In this document: piece after piece, positions 39,027 through 49,177 of the stretch
Layout: each line of letters begins with the position of its first letter
How positions within the stretch are numbered: the stretch's first letter is position 1
Origin: an uncultured Chloroflexia bacterium
GTDB lineage: Bacteria > Chloroflexota > Limnocylindria > Limnocylindrales > CSP1-4
Assembly (NCBI GenBank): GCA_963707215.1
Contig: CAVPPB010000003.1
Coordinates: 1,440,001-1,504,000 of the forward strand
Length of the DNA stretch: 64,000 bases
Reading direction: 5' to 3'
Translations under genes and position numbers: made by a program
Notes under the pieces: generated by a model
The model's input: the letters and a program-made list of their open reading frames with translations, nothing else
The model's database searches: none
Told to the model about the DNA's origin: nothing

Positions 39027-40294
39027 ATGGTCAGACCACGCATCGTGCTCGGCTTGGTCGGCGCGACCGGCCTGCTGCTGTTGATCGTCGGGGTGGCGGC
39101 AGCGAACGGCCCGACGCTCACCCCGAGCGAGCAACTCGGGAAGAGCATCTTCTTCGACGAGGACCTGTCGATCAACCAGAACCAGTCCTGCGCGACCTGC
39201 CACGACCCCGAGTGGGGCTGGACCGGCCCGGACTCGGCCATCAACGCCCACGGCTCCGTCTACGAGGGCTCGATCCCCGGCCGGTTCGGGGACCGCAAGC
39301 CGCCCAGCAGCGGCTACGCCACCGTCAGCCCGATCCTCCACCTGGACAAGGGCACCTGGACCGGCGGCAACTTCTGGGACGGCCGGGCCACCGGCGAGAA
39401 GCTCGGCAACCCGGCCGCCGACCAGGCCCAGGGACCGTTCCTCAACCCGATGGAGCAGGCGCTGCCCGACTCCGCCTGCGTGGTCTACCGCGTCTGCACC
39501 GCGACCTACCCGGTCGTCCTTCGAGGACGTCTGGGGGGCGGGGTCGTGCGACGATCGCCTGGCCGGCCGACGTCGAGACGACCTGCGCGACCGAGGGGAC
39601 GACGGTCGCCCTGTCGATCGCCGACCGGGCCAAGTCCGACATGGCGTACGACAGCATCGCCCTGTCGATCGCGGCCTTCGAGGGCTCGGTCGAGAGCAAC
39701 GCCTACTCCTCGAAGTACGACCTCACCTTCGCCGGGGGCGCCCAGCTCAGCAAGCAAGAGCGAACCGGGTTCGCCCTCTTCCAGGGCAAGGGCGGCTGCC
39801 GAGCCTGCCATCCGGCGACCGGCCCGGGAGCCCTGTTCACCGACTTCACCTTCGACAACCTCGGCATCCCCCAGAACCCGGAGAACCCGGCCGGGGTCGG
39901 CTCCCGGACCTTCGTCGACCCGGGCCTCGGCGGGTTCCTGATGAACGCCGGCTACGGCGAGGAGGTCTACGAGGCCGAGTGGGGCAAGCACAAGGTGCCG
40001 ACGCTCCGCAACGTCGACCTGCGCCCGAACGCGGCCGACGTGAAGGCCTACGGCCACAACGGCTACTTCAAGAGCCTCGAGGGGATCGTCCACTTCTACA
40101 ACACCCGCGACGTCAAGGACGCCTGCCCCGGCGCCTACACCGAGGCCGAGGCGCTCGCGGCGGACTGCTGGCCGGCGCCCGAGGTGGCCGAGAACGTCAA
40201 CACCGACGAGCTCGGCGATCTGGGCCTGAGCCCGGACGAGGAGGCGGCGATCGTCGCGTTCCTGCGGGCGCTGTCGGACGGCTGGATGCCGTAG
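39027..40294 (+). CDS. Diheme cytochrome c peroxidase/MauG superfamily protein, frameshifted near 39510-39555
   Basis: Signal peptide; CATCH and CRACH, NFWDGRA, PFLNPMEQ, KVPTLRNV, YGHNGYF. Confidence 0.85.
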
Positions 40295-40447
40295 CAGGCG
40301 TCGACGCCGATCCTTCGGCGAGGCCCGGCGTGAGCCGGGCCCCGCCGTGCCCGGGATCGTTCTGCTCATGAGCGTGGCGGCCTGACTGGACGGGCCGGAT
40401 AGGCTGTGCTCCTGCGCGGCCGAGGGCCGCCCGACGCTGGAGGGATC

Positions 40448-40840
40448 ATGTCCGCCGCTGCGAACCTGCGAGCCCTGGACGGCTACCTCGTCAGGCACGA
40501 CGAGAGCTTCCTCGCCGAGGACGCTGTGTTCACGGATATGTCGACCGGCCAGGCGTCCACCGGCCGGGCCGAGATCGCCGGGATGATCGACTGGTTCTAC
40601 CACGTCGCCTTCGACGCCCACGCCGAGTCGACCGCCGTCTTCGCCGACGACGACCACGGCACGTTCGAGGGGCTCGTGGTCGGTCGGCACGTCAGCGAGT
40701 TCGCTGGCGTCCCCGGCACCGGCCGCGATATCCGGGTGCCGATCTGCGTGACGTACGACTTCAAGGACGGCCGGATCACAGCCGGGCGGATCTACTTCGC
40801 GGTACCGGCGTTCCTCGCGCAGGTCGGGGCGCTCGGCTAG
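40448..40840 (+). CDS. SnoaL-like/ester cyclase (NTF2 fold) protein
   Basis: GGAGG RBS; GRHVSEFAGVPGTGR.IRVP...YDFKDGRI...RIYF. Confidence 0.8.
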   Translation: MSAAANLRALDGYLVRHDESFLAEDAVFTDMSTGQASTGRAEIAGMIDWFYHVAFDAHAESTAVFADDDHGTFEGLVVGRHVSEFAGVPGTGRDIRVPICVTYDFKDGRITAGRIYFAVPAFLAQVGALG

Positions 40841-40882
40841 ATCGAGGGCGACGAGGCCGCCGAATGGACGGCTGAGCGCGGT

Positions 40883-41194
40883 CTACTCGGCCAGGACGTC
40901 CTCGTCGATGAAGAGGCGGACCCGGCTTCGATTGTGGGCCATGGAATCGGCCGCCACCGCCTTGCCGATCTCGGTCGCGTAGGCGGCCTCGAAATCGGCC
41001 TGCGAGTCGAACCACAGTTCCGAGATCCCGTCGATCCCGGACTCCTCGGCACCGGCCACGACGACGTTGGCGACCATCCGTCGCAGGCCGGGCAGGGTGA
41101 CCGCCAGCGGGGCATGTTCCTCGCGCCACCAGCGGGCGAACTCGGCGCGGCTCATGTCCTCACGGCGGGACAGCAGGATCATCGCTTTGAACAT
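40883..41194 (-). CDS. EthD family protein
   Basis: RREDMSRAEF..WW.EEHAPL..LPGL, DGISELWFDS. Confidence 0.85.
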   Translation of the reverse strand: MFKAMILLSRREDMSRAEFARWWREEHAPLAVTLPGLRRMVANVVVAGAEESGIDGISELWFDSQADFEAAYATEIGKAVAADSMAHNRSRVRLFIDEDVLAE

Positions 41195-41203
41195 CGGTCC
41201 CTC

Positions 41204-41764
41204 CTAACCGGGCTTGCGGACGCGGGCGTTGGGCCGACCGCCCGCGCTGAGCGCCAGGGCGATGACGAGCTCGTCCGGGCGCGGGGCGTCCGGGATGGCG
41301 ACGTCGATCGCGTCCATGTCGTCGAAGACCCAGCGGTCGTCCTTGTTGCCGATCGGCATCGTGATGGCCGCGCCGGGACCGGCCACCTTCTTGGTCCCCG
41401 GGATGATGTCGGCGCCGCCACCCAGCGCGGCCCGGACCGGCGCCCCGAAGCGGGGATGGAGGACGGCGGCGGTGTGCTCGCGGTCGCCGTCGATCCCGAC
41501 GATGGCCCCTTTCCCATAGCCGCGGACCTCGGCCGGCGTCAGCCCCACCGAGGCCAGCACGGCCAAGGCCCGCTCGACGAGGATCGCCGCAGCCTCGGCG
41601 CCGAGCGCCTCGAGCACCTCGAGGTCGGCCACGTCGCCGCGGCCGGCCAGGGGGTTCCTGACGGCCAGGGCGGCCGTGGCGACGGTGGTCGGCGGGTCGA
41701 CGGCCGCCCCGGCCTCGATCAGCGTCTGCTGGACGCTCGCTACCACGACCCGCACGCTATCCAT
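41204..41764 (-). CDS. 'Amino acid synthesis' family protein (DUF1185)
   Basis: VRNPLAG, YGKGAIVGIDGDREH, DAPRPDEL, GGRPNAR. Confidence 0.85.
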   Translation of the reverse strand: MDSVRVVVASVQQTLIEAGAAVDPPTTVATAALAVRNPLAGRGDVADLEVLEALGAEAAAILVERALAVLASVGLTPAEVRGYGKGAIVGIDGDREHTAAVLHPRFGAPVRAALGGGADIIPGTKKVAGPGAAITMPIGNKDDRWVFDDMDAIDVAIPDAPRPDELVIALALSAGGRPNARVRKPG

Positions 41765-41881
41765 CGTCTCGGTCCTCCCGTCTCGTCCGGTTCGGACCGA
41801 GTGTGCCCCACCGACCGACCTTCCGCCGGGCGACGGGCGCGCCGAGTCGCGACCGCCCCACGCTACGCTGCGCGCCACCAG

Positions 41882-41947
41882 GTGATCGACCTGGCCCTGT
41901 CCATCATGGACGACAGTCTGGCGGCGGCCCGGGAGACCGTGGGCTGA
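41882..41947 (+). pseudogene. Possible C-terminal remnant of a class III aminotransferase
   Basis: VIDLALSIMDDSLAAARETVG* resembles the final helix of GabT-like enzymes; only 21 codons. Confidence 0.3.
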
Positions 41948-42031
41948 CGGGCAGACCCCCGGCCTTGGCCCCGCACGGAAGCCTGGTCGCCTTCGTCGGG
42001 CACCAGGCCACCGCGCGTGCCGACCAGCAGG

Positions 42032-44218
42032 TCAGGCGGCCGGCACCTCGTCACTCGCCGGGCGCTCCGGCATCGGCAGCGGCTCGGCCGAGCCATCCTT
42101 GCCGAAGCGCAGGTCGAGGTGTCGCTCGGCCCAGCGGCGGATCTGGCGGTAGACCGCCGGGGCCCCGACGATCTCCTCATCGAGCTGCCAGTCGGACGGG
42201 TGGAGCAGGAGCCCCTTCGTCTGCGCGCCACCGAGCCCGCCGTGGGATCCGATGAGCTCTTCGAACGCCGCGACCTCCTCGAACTCGGGGTCGAACAGGC
42301 TGATGACCGAGACGTCCGGCGTGTGGTCCATCCCGTCGAGACGGATGAAGGCCTCGCGGGCCCGACCGCCGTACTGGGCCACCGGGTCGGTGCCCTCGAC
42401 CCGGCCCTCGTCGAGGTAGTTGATGCCGTCCCGCCCGACGACGATCCCACCGTGCGCCTCGGAGCGGATCAGCAGAGCACCGATCCCCGGATGCGCCGCG
42501 AGGCCGTCGACGAGACCCGGGTAGCGATCCGCCAGCTGCTCCACGGTCACCCGGCCGGGCATCCGCGGGAAGTAGATGAGGCCCAGGTTGCCCGAGGCCA
42601 TCGCGATGAGCTCGGGGCGATCCTCGACCGCCTCGTGCTCGGTCCGCTTCGCTCCGGCCTCCTCCTCGCCGGCCGGACCCAGCTCGACGACGCCGTCGCT
42701 GGTCTGCGATCGCAGCGCCGTCCGGGCCAGGCCGCCGGTGACACCCTTGGTCCTCGTCAGCTCGGAGAGGAAGGCGTTGGTCTGCCCCCACTCCTCGACC
42801 CGTTCCGCGTCCTCCTGCAGCTCGGCTCCAGCGCCCATCAGCTGCTGGACCGTGTCGCCCAGCGTCTGGCCGTAGCGCTGCAGGAAGGTCGCACCAAGGG
42901 TCTGGCCGTGATCCGAGACGACCACGAAGCGGTACGGCCGGGGAGCGCGGTGGGCGGCTTTCTCGAGCGTGGCGATGGCCCGGTCGACGCCGTCGAGCGC
43001 GTCGAGCGACTCAGGTCGCTCGGGACCGCTGTGGTGGGCGATCTCGTCGTAGTCGGTGTAGTCGACGTAGATGACCGGCGTTCCCCGGAACATCTCCTCC
43101 GTCACGAGCGACGTCGCAAGGTCACGGAGGGCGACGTTGGTCGCCGCCCGGGCCACCGGGTACGGCATGTTCCGATGCATCGTCGGGACGATCCCGGCGC
43201 GCCGCTGGCGCGAAGCCTGGACGTACTCCTTGATGACCTCGACGACGAACCGCACCAGGGTCGAGAGGTAGTTGTACGGGCTGGCGAAGAAGCTGTAGAA
43301 GGTCCGGCTCTGGCCCAGGCCCTGCGACTTGTCCTTGATCGTCGCCATCGTGATGTACGAGCGGACCGCGTCACCGGCGAAGAGGTTGCCCACGCTGGCG
43401 CCATCGTTGGAGAGCAGTCCCTCGCCATTCGAGATCCGGGTCGTGACCACCGCGGCATCCTCGGGATGGTTCGCGACCATGGTCCGTCCCGATGCCTTCT
43501 CGTACCAGCGGAAGGCCGGGATGCCGTCGTTGTTGCCGTGGAGGATGCCGGCCTGGCTGGCCGGCGTCGTCGGCGGGAGGAGCGCCTCCCAGCCGTTGAG
43601 GGCATAGCGACCGGAGCGGACCCACTTCGAGAGGTGGGGCACGCGACCCGCCCGGACCTGGCGGACGAGGATCGGCTGGGGCAGGCCGTCGACCTGGATC
43701 ACGACGAGGCCGGGCCGATCGGTCCGGATGGCGTCGGGCTGTTTCGCCGCCAGTTGCTGGACGAGCATCGAGAAGTACGAGTCGTCGCTGGTGATCGAGA
43801 AGAGCGCCGTCAGCGCCGTGGTCACGAACGCATACATGAGCGAGGCGACGAGCGCCGGGATCCAGCCGGTCACGACGAGGCCGGCGACGAAGTTCGGGAG
43901 GATCGCGAACGAGACGACCTGGAAGACGAGGGTCGCGACGGCCACGGCGACGACCGAGATGCTGGCGAAGATCCCGATGAACAGCGGCCGGACCGCGACG
44001 TTGAGGATCCCCAGGACCAGTGCGGCGAGGAGCGCCGTGACGAACGGACGTGCTCCAGGCTCGAGGTCGACGCCGGGCGTCAGGAAGACCGCTCCCCCGA
44101 ACGACAGGACGCTGACGATCAGCGTGGCGACGATCCGCCGGACCCGCGAGCCGCCACTGGGCCGCCACTCGCGCATGACCTGGATCTGCAGCCGGTAGAA
44201 GTCGATGATGCGGCGCAT
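42032..44218 (-). CDS. 4-TM 'phage holin'-like domain fused to alkaline phosphatase superfamily (NPP-type) domain
   Basis: LGILNVAVRPL holin-like motif; QVDGL, PPTTPASQAGILHG, DYDEIAHHSG, VSDHGQ. Confidence 0.85.
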   Translation of the reverse strand: MRRIIDFYRLQIQVMREWRPSGGSRVRRIVATLIVSVLSFGGAVFLTPGVDLEPGARPFVTALLAALVLGILNVAVRPLFIGIFASISVVAVAVATLVFQVVSFAILPNFVAGLVVTGWIPALVASLMYAFVTTALTALFSITSDDSYFSMLVQQLAAKQPDAIRTDRPGLVVIQVDGLPQPILVRQVRAGRVPHLSKWVRSGRYALNGWEALLPPTTPASQAGILHGNNDGIPAFRWYEKASGRTMVANHPEDAAVVTTRISNGEGLLSNDGASVGNLFAGDAVRSYITMATIKDKSQGLGQSRTFYSFFASPYNYLSTLVRFVVEVIKEYVQASRQRRAGIVPTMHRNMPYPVARAATNVALRDLATSLVTEEMFRGTPVIYVDYTDYDEIAHHSGPERPESLDALDGVDRAIATLEKAAHRAPRPYRFVVVSDHGQTLGATFLQRYGQTLGDTVQQLMGAGAELQEDAERVEEWGQTNAFLSELTRTKGVTGGLARTALRSQTSDGVVELGPAGEEEAGAKRTEHEAVEDRPELIAMASGNLGLIYFPRMPGRVTVEQLADRYPGLVDGLAAHPGIGALLIRSEAHGGIVVGRDGINYLDEGRVEGTDPVAQYGGRAREAFIRLDGMDHTPDVSVISLFDPEFEEVAAFEELIGSHGGLGGAQTKGLLLHPSDWQLDEEIVGAPAVYRQIRRWAERHLDLRFGKDGSAEPLPMPERPASDEVPAA

Positions 44219-44321
44219 CAGGTCTCCCTCGTGCCCATTCCCGGCGAGTCAGGCCGGACCGCGGGTCGGCCGCGATGATGACACAGGGCAGGCCCCTGGG
44301 ACCGCTTCGGGGTCGCCTCGA

Positions 44322-46346
44322 TCAGCCCCGGCCGATCCGCGTGACGACATCGATGATCTCATCGCCGTAGCGATCGATCCGCGACGGACCCATGCCCTTG
44401 ACACGCCGGAGCGCCGGGAGCGACATCGGGCGGGCCTCGGAGATGGCCTCCAGCGTCTCGTCGTGGGCGATCACGTAGGCGGGCACGCCATCGGCTCGGG
44501 ACCGCTCGAGACGCCAGGCCCGGAGGGCCGCCATCAGCGGGTCGTCGTGGGCGTCCGCCTGTCGCCCGCGAGGCCGCAGCGGAGGTCCGGCGTGCTCGAC
44601 GATCCGCCCCCGCTCGGCGATGCCGCGCTCACTGCGCGAGCGTGCCGGGCCACGGAGGTCTCGGACGAAGCGGCTCTCCTTGCGCCGGACCTCCTTGCCG
44701 CCGGCCCCGGCCCGGTGCTCGGCCCACGACAGGGCGAGGTGGATCCGGGCCCGGGTCAGCCCGACGTAGAGGAGACGACGCTCCTCCGCCAGGGCAGCCT
44801 CGTCCTCGAAGGCATGACGGATCGGCAGGCTTCCCTCCTCCAGCACGGGCAACGCCACCGCGTCCCACTCGAGCCCCTTGGCCCGGTGGTAGGTCAGCAG
44901 GTTCACCCCGCCGCTCGCTCCGGTCCGCTCCCGATCGGCACGGCGCTCCAGGTCGGCCAACGCGGCGGCGACGTCGGCATCCGGGGCACCCGCCACGAGC
45001 TCCGCGAGCATCGTCGCCAACGTCTCGAGGGCGGCGGCCCGATCACGGGCTTCCTCCCCGACCGGCTCGACGCCGGGCTCCCAGCCGAGCTCGTCCATCC
45101 AGCGACGGCGAGCGGCGTCGAGGAGCGCAGACCCCCGCAGGACCGGGTCGAGGCGACGGATCGAGGCGATCGCCGTCTTGACGTCCCGACGAGCGAAGAA
45201 CCGGGTGCCGCGCACCTGGTAGCCGACCCCTGCCCGGGCGAGCGCTTCCTCGACGGGCTCCAGCTGGGCGTTCGTCCGCACCAGGACGGCGATCTCGCTG
45301 GGTGAGGTCCCGTGCCTGATGAGGTCGCCGGCCCAGGTGGCGAGCTGCTCGAGCTCCTGATCGCCGTCGGGGAAGCGCCGCATCGTCGGCGCCGGGCCGG
45401 GCGGTCGGGTGGCGCTGAGCCGCTTCGAGCGACCGGTCCGGTCGATCAGCCGGTTGGCGAGCTCGAGCACCTGGGGGCTCGAGCGGTAGTTCTCGGTGAG
45501 CTCCACCACCCGGGCACCGGGATACCGCGTCGAGAACCCGGAGAGGAACTCCGGGGTGGCACCGGTGAACGAGTAGATGGTCTGGTCCTCGTCGCCGACG
45601 ACGCAGATGTCGTCGCGATCGCCCAGCCACAGCTCGAGGAGCTGCTGCTGGAGCGGGCTGGTGTCCTGGTACTCGTCCACGCTGAACCAGGACTTGCGGG
45701 CGTGGATCAGCGACCGGGCTTGCTCGTCGGTCTCGAGCAGCTCGACGGTCAGGGTCAGCATGTCGTCGAAATCGATCCGGCCGGCCCGCGCCTTGGCCGC
45801 CTCGTAGCCGGCGTAGAGGCGGGTGAAGAGCTCGACCGGGATCGGCGGCGTGCGGGTACCGGCCTCCCCAGCGTACCGCTGCGGGGAGATGCGGCGGCTC
45901 TTGGCCCACTCGATCTCGTCCGCCAGGTCCTTGGCCGGCGTGAAGCGATAGCCGCCCGGAAGCTCGCGTGCGAGCCGACCGACGATCGGGATCTTCGAAT
46001 CAAGCACGTCGGGCATCGGCTCCCCGGCGTGCCGGGACGGCCAGAAGTGACGGAGCTGGCTGAGCGCCTGGGCATGGAAGGTCCGGGCCGTGACGTCCTC
46101 GAGGCCCAGGGAGCGAAGCCGCTCCAGCATCTCGGTCGCGGCCTTGTCCGTGAAGGTGACGAGAAGGACGCGATCGGCAGGGACCGCTCCGGTGGCGACC
46201 GCGTACGCCGTGCGATGGCTGATCACCCGGGTCTTGCCGGTGCCGGCCCCGGCCATGACGGCCAGCGGCCCGGTCGTGATGGCGGCGGCCTCGCGCTGCG
46301 CCTCGTTGAGGTCGGCGAGGAGGTCGACGGCGGCGACGCCGGACAT
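44322..46346 (-). CDS. uvrD2: ATP-dependent DNA helicase UvrD2-like with HRDC domain
   Basis: AGAGTGKT, VTFT.KAA, DEYQD, GDEDQTIY, NYRS, TYHRAKGLEW, EERRLLYVGLTRA; C-terminal LRAWR..VPAYVI HRDC. Confidence 0.9.
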   Translation of the reverse strand: MSGVAAVDLLADLNEAQREAAAITTGPLAVMAGAGTGKTRVISHRTAYAVATGAVPADRVLLVTFTDKAATEMLERLRSLGLEDVTARTFHAQALSQLRHFWPSRHAGEPMPDVLDSKIPIVGRLARELPGGYRFTPAKDLADEIEWAKSRRISPQRYAGEAGTRTPPIPVELFTRLYAGYEAAKARAGRIDFDDMLTLTVELLETDEQARSLIHARKSWFSVDEYQDTSPLQQQLLELWLGDRDDICVVGDEDQTIYSFTGATPEFLSGFSTRYPGARVVELTENYRSSPQVLELANRLIDRTGRSKRLSATRPPGPAPTMRRFPDGDQELEQLATWAGDLIRHGTSPSEIAVLVRTNAQLEPVEEALARAGVGYQVRGTRFFARRDVKTAIASIRRLDPVLRGSALLDAARRRWMDELGWEPGVEPVGEEARDRAAALETLATMLAELVAGAPDADVAAALADLERRADRERTGASGGVNLLTYHRAKGLEWDAVALPVLEEGSLPIRHAFEDEAALAEERRLLYVGLTRARIHLALSWAEHRAGAGGKEVRRKESRFVRDLRGPARSRSERGIAERGRIVEHAGPPLRPRGRQADAHDDPLMAALRAWRLERSRADGVPAYVIAHDETLEAISEARPMSLPALRRVKGMGPSRIDRYGDEIIDVVTRIGRG

Positions 46347-46484
46347 CGAGATGGCCACTCCTTGGGATCGCCTCCGCGGGCCCATGCGACCCGCTCGTCG
46401 TGACGGTCGGGCGGTCGACGCGGGCCCGTCGCGGGGACACGTACAGACTACGCCTATCGGCGGCCGGACCGAAGCCCGGGCTCT

Positions 46485-47540
46485 TCAGCCGAAGGCCCGA
46501 CCCGCCTCCAGGAACGCGGCCACATTCACCCAGGGGATGTCCGGCTCGTCGATGTCGTAGGCCGGGCAGAGGACCAGACCGGCCCGCCCGAGCGATCCGA
46601 TCCGCATCCGGACCTCGTCGCCGATCTCCTCCGGGGTGGCGAACGAGAACGTGGTCTGGCGCCCGACGGTCCCCCAGAGCGCGAGTCTGGACCCGAACCG
46701 TCGCCGGATCCGGAGCGCGTCCATGTGCTCCGGCTGGAGCGGGTTGATGGCCGCCACCCCGAGCTCGACGAGGTCGTCGAGGATCGGCTCGAAGTGACCG
46801 TCGCTGTGGTAGACGACGCGGACCTCGGGCTCGATCGCCCGGGCCGCGGCGATGATCGCTGCCAGTCGCGGCCGGAAGAACTCCCGCCAGGTCGCCGGCC
46901 CCATCATCATCCCGCCCGGCATCCCGACGTCGTCGTCGAGGGCCAGGACGTCGACGCCGGCGAGGGCGAGCGTCTCCGCGTTCCGGCAGGCCAGGTCGGT
47001 CAGGCGGTCGAGCAGGTAGTGGGCCATGTCCTTGCGACGGACGAGGTCGGTCAGGAAGTTCTCGAGGCCGCGGAGCCGCCAGGCCGCCTCGAACAGCTCG
47101 CCCCCCAGGTGCGGCGTGTTGCCGCCGGCGGCAAGACCGAGGCGATGGAGATCCGCGACCTGGCGGGCGAGCTCGTCGACGGCTCGGGGGCCGCGGACGT
47201 CCGGGAAGGGGAAGGCCTCGAGGTCGGCCAGGCTGGTCGCCCGCTCCAGCGGGTTGCCGTCCCCCGGCACCTCCGGCCGGTAGGCCCAGCTGGCGTAGCG
47301 GGCCACCTGCGCCGGCGTTCCGATGCGGGCATTGCCGGCGTACGGCAGGGCCCGCCGCCGGAGCTCCTCCTCCTCGACCGAGACCGGGAAGTCGATGAAG
47401 AGGACGTCGACCAGGTCGTCGTGCCAGGCCCCGTCGGGTGCCAGGGACGGCCCGTCGACCGCGTAGAAGGCCAGGGCGAGCGGCACGCGATCGGGCTCGT
47501 CGCCATCGAGCGCGGCGAGGACCCGGTCCCGACCCGTCAT
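46485..47540 (-). CDS. Uroporphyrinogen decarboxylase/MtaA-CmuA family protein
   Basis: MTGRDRV..EPDRVP, LRGLENFL.DL, DDVG, YHSDG, NPLQP. Confidence 0.85.
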   Translation of the reverse strand: MTGRDRVLAALDGDEPDRVPLALAFYAVDGPSLAPDGAWHDDLVDVLFIDFPVSVEEEELRRRALPYAGNARIGTPAQVARYASWAYRPEVPGDGNPLERATSLADLEAFPFPDVRGPRAVDELARQVADLHRLGLAAGGNTPHLGGELFEAAWRLRGLENFLTDLVRRKDMAHYLLDRLTDLACRNAETLALAGVDVLALDDDVGMPGGMMMGPATWREFFRPRLAAIIAAARAIEPEVRVVYHSDGHFEPILDDLVELGVAAINPLQPEHMDALRIRRRFGSRLALWGTVGRQTTFSFATPEEIGDEVRMRIGSLGRAGLVLCPAYDIDEPDIPWVNVAAFLEAGRAFG

Positions 47541-47713
47541 CCGGCGCTACCAGCATCACGACGTGCCATCAGGATCGAGGATGCCGGCCTGCCCCGACGG
47601 TGTGAACGGCCGAACGTCATCGGCAGATCGCGTGGGCGTCCACGACGGCCAGCTCGCGATGGCCGCGCGGCCGACTCCCTCGCCGGGTCGATGTGCGCCG
47701 CTACTATCGGGCG

Positions 47714-49177
47714 GTGAGCCAGATCGACCGGAGGAGGGGCTCGGCGCCGACCGGCGTCCCGGGTGACGCCGCCGATCCGGACCACGTCCTCCGGCTGGCG
47801 ATGCGGGTCGGCGTCGCGATGCTGACCAGCGGCGCCCAGACCGACGAGGTCGAGGCGGCCATCGTCGCGACGACCGCAGGACTCGGGCTCCCGGGAGTCC
47901 AGGCTTCGGTGGCCTACTCCACGATCTCGATCTCCTACTACGCATCCAGGGGCACCCCGCCGGCGACCCTCCTCCACCTCGTGCGGGAGCGCCGCACGGA
48001 TTTCGGCCTCCTGGCCGGGCTATCCGAGCTGGTGGATCGGATCCACGACGGCGAGCTGTCGGTGGCGCAGGCCGAGGCGCGGCTGGTGAAGCTCCAGACG
48101 CAGCCGCCCAAGTACGGCCGGGCGGTGACCTTCGTCGCCCCGGCGCTGTCCGCCGGTGGGGCGACGCTCGCCTTCGGAGGCGATGCCCAGGAGGTCGTCG
48201 CGACCATCGCCATCGCGCTGGCGGTCCAGGCCGTCGTCGTCCCGATCGGCCACTCCTCGATCCAGCCCTTCTTCCGGACCCTGATCGTCGCGGCCTCGGC
48301 GACGCTCCTGGTCGCTCTGGTCGCCGGGCTCGCCCCGGCGATCTCCGGTGGGCTGGTCCTGACCGGCAGCCTGCTCCGGTTCCTGCCCGGCTATGCCCTC
48401 CTGGCCGGCTTCCGGGACCTGCTCGACCAGTCGGTCCTCTCGGGCATGGCCCGCGTGGCCGAGGCGGTCCTCATCGCGGCAGCCATCGGCGGCGGGGTGG
48501 GCATCGCCCTGATCGTCGCGGCGGGCTTCGGCGTCGAGCTCTCGCTGATCACCATCGGCCAACAGTCGTTCGGCTGGCTGGTCTCGATCGGCGCGGTCGC
48601 GGTCCTGGTCGGGGGGTTCGCCGTCGGCAACGGCGTCCCGCCCCTCGCGGTGGCCCAGTCGGCGGCCATCGGAGCGGTCGGCTGGGTGCTGTACCGGGCG
48701 GGCGCCGCTCCGTACGGGCCGCTCGACCCCAGCATCGTCGTCGTCATCTCGTCGGTCACGATCGGCATCCTGGGACGGCTGGCGGTCGGTCGGTCGGCCG
48801 CCCCGACCGCCCTCTGGGTGGTGCCGGCGATCCTGCCCCTGCTCCCGGGACTGCCGCTGGTCCAGGCGATGCTGGCGGCCAGCGACGAAGCGCGCCTCGC
48901 GGGCCTGGTCGGAGCTGCCACCACGGCCTTCCTCATCGGCACGGGCGTCGCCACCGGTGACCTGGCTGTGGTCGGCTTCCGGAGGTTCCGCGACGGACTC
49001 GTCGCTCCTGCTGTCGGCGCGGTGGCCGAGGGCGTCGACACGTTGGTGATCCAGCCGGCGGCCCGGGTCGCCCGGCCGGTCAGCCGCGCGGTCCTGGGGA
49101 CCCAACGCCACGGGGGCACCGCCTCGGGTGATGACGCGGGCGACCCCGGCGCATCGCCCACCTCGGGCCCGGACTAG
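47714..49177 (+). CDS. Threonine/serine exporter ThrE family
   Basis: SGAQTDEVE, FLPGYAL..RDL, PAILPLLPG; about 10 TM; TACTAT 6 nt before GTG. Confidence 0.85.
   Translation: MSQIDRRRGSAPTGVPGDAADPDHVLRLAMRVGVAMLTSGAQTDEVEAAIVATTAGLGLPGVQASVAYSTISISYYASRGTPPATLLHLVRERRTDFGLLAGLSELVDRIHDGELSVAQAEARLVKLQTQPPKYGRAVTFVAPALSAGGATLAFGGDAQEVVATIAIALAVQAVVVPIGHSSIQPFFRTLIVAASATLLVALVAGLAPAISGGLVLTGSLLRFLPGYALLAGFRDLLDQSVLSGMARVAEAVLIAAAIGGGVGIALIVAAGFGVELSLITIGQQSFGWLVSIGAVAVLVGGFAVGNGVPPLAVAQSAAIGAVGWVLYRAGAAPYGPLDPSIVVVISSVTIGILGRLAVGRSAAPTALWVVPAILPLLPGLPLVQAMLAASDEARLAGLVGAATTAFLIGTGVATGDLAVVGFRRFRDGLVAPAVGAVAEGVDTLVIQPAARVARPVSRAVLGTQRHGGTASGDDAGDPGASPTSGPD

Noticed and set aside
43700-44218. 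Holin as evidence of a lysis cassette
   Set aside because: Fused to a phosphatase-fold domain; no endolysin or phage genes nearby
42017-44278. Long antisense/alternative-frame ORFs (e.g. 42017-44278 +, 35512-37905 -, 22633-24747 +, 19162-21234 -)
   Set aside because: Shadow ORFs of real genes caused by high GC; Arg/Pro/Gly-rich with no motifs
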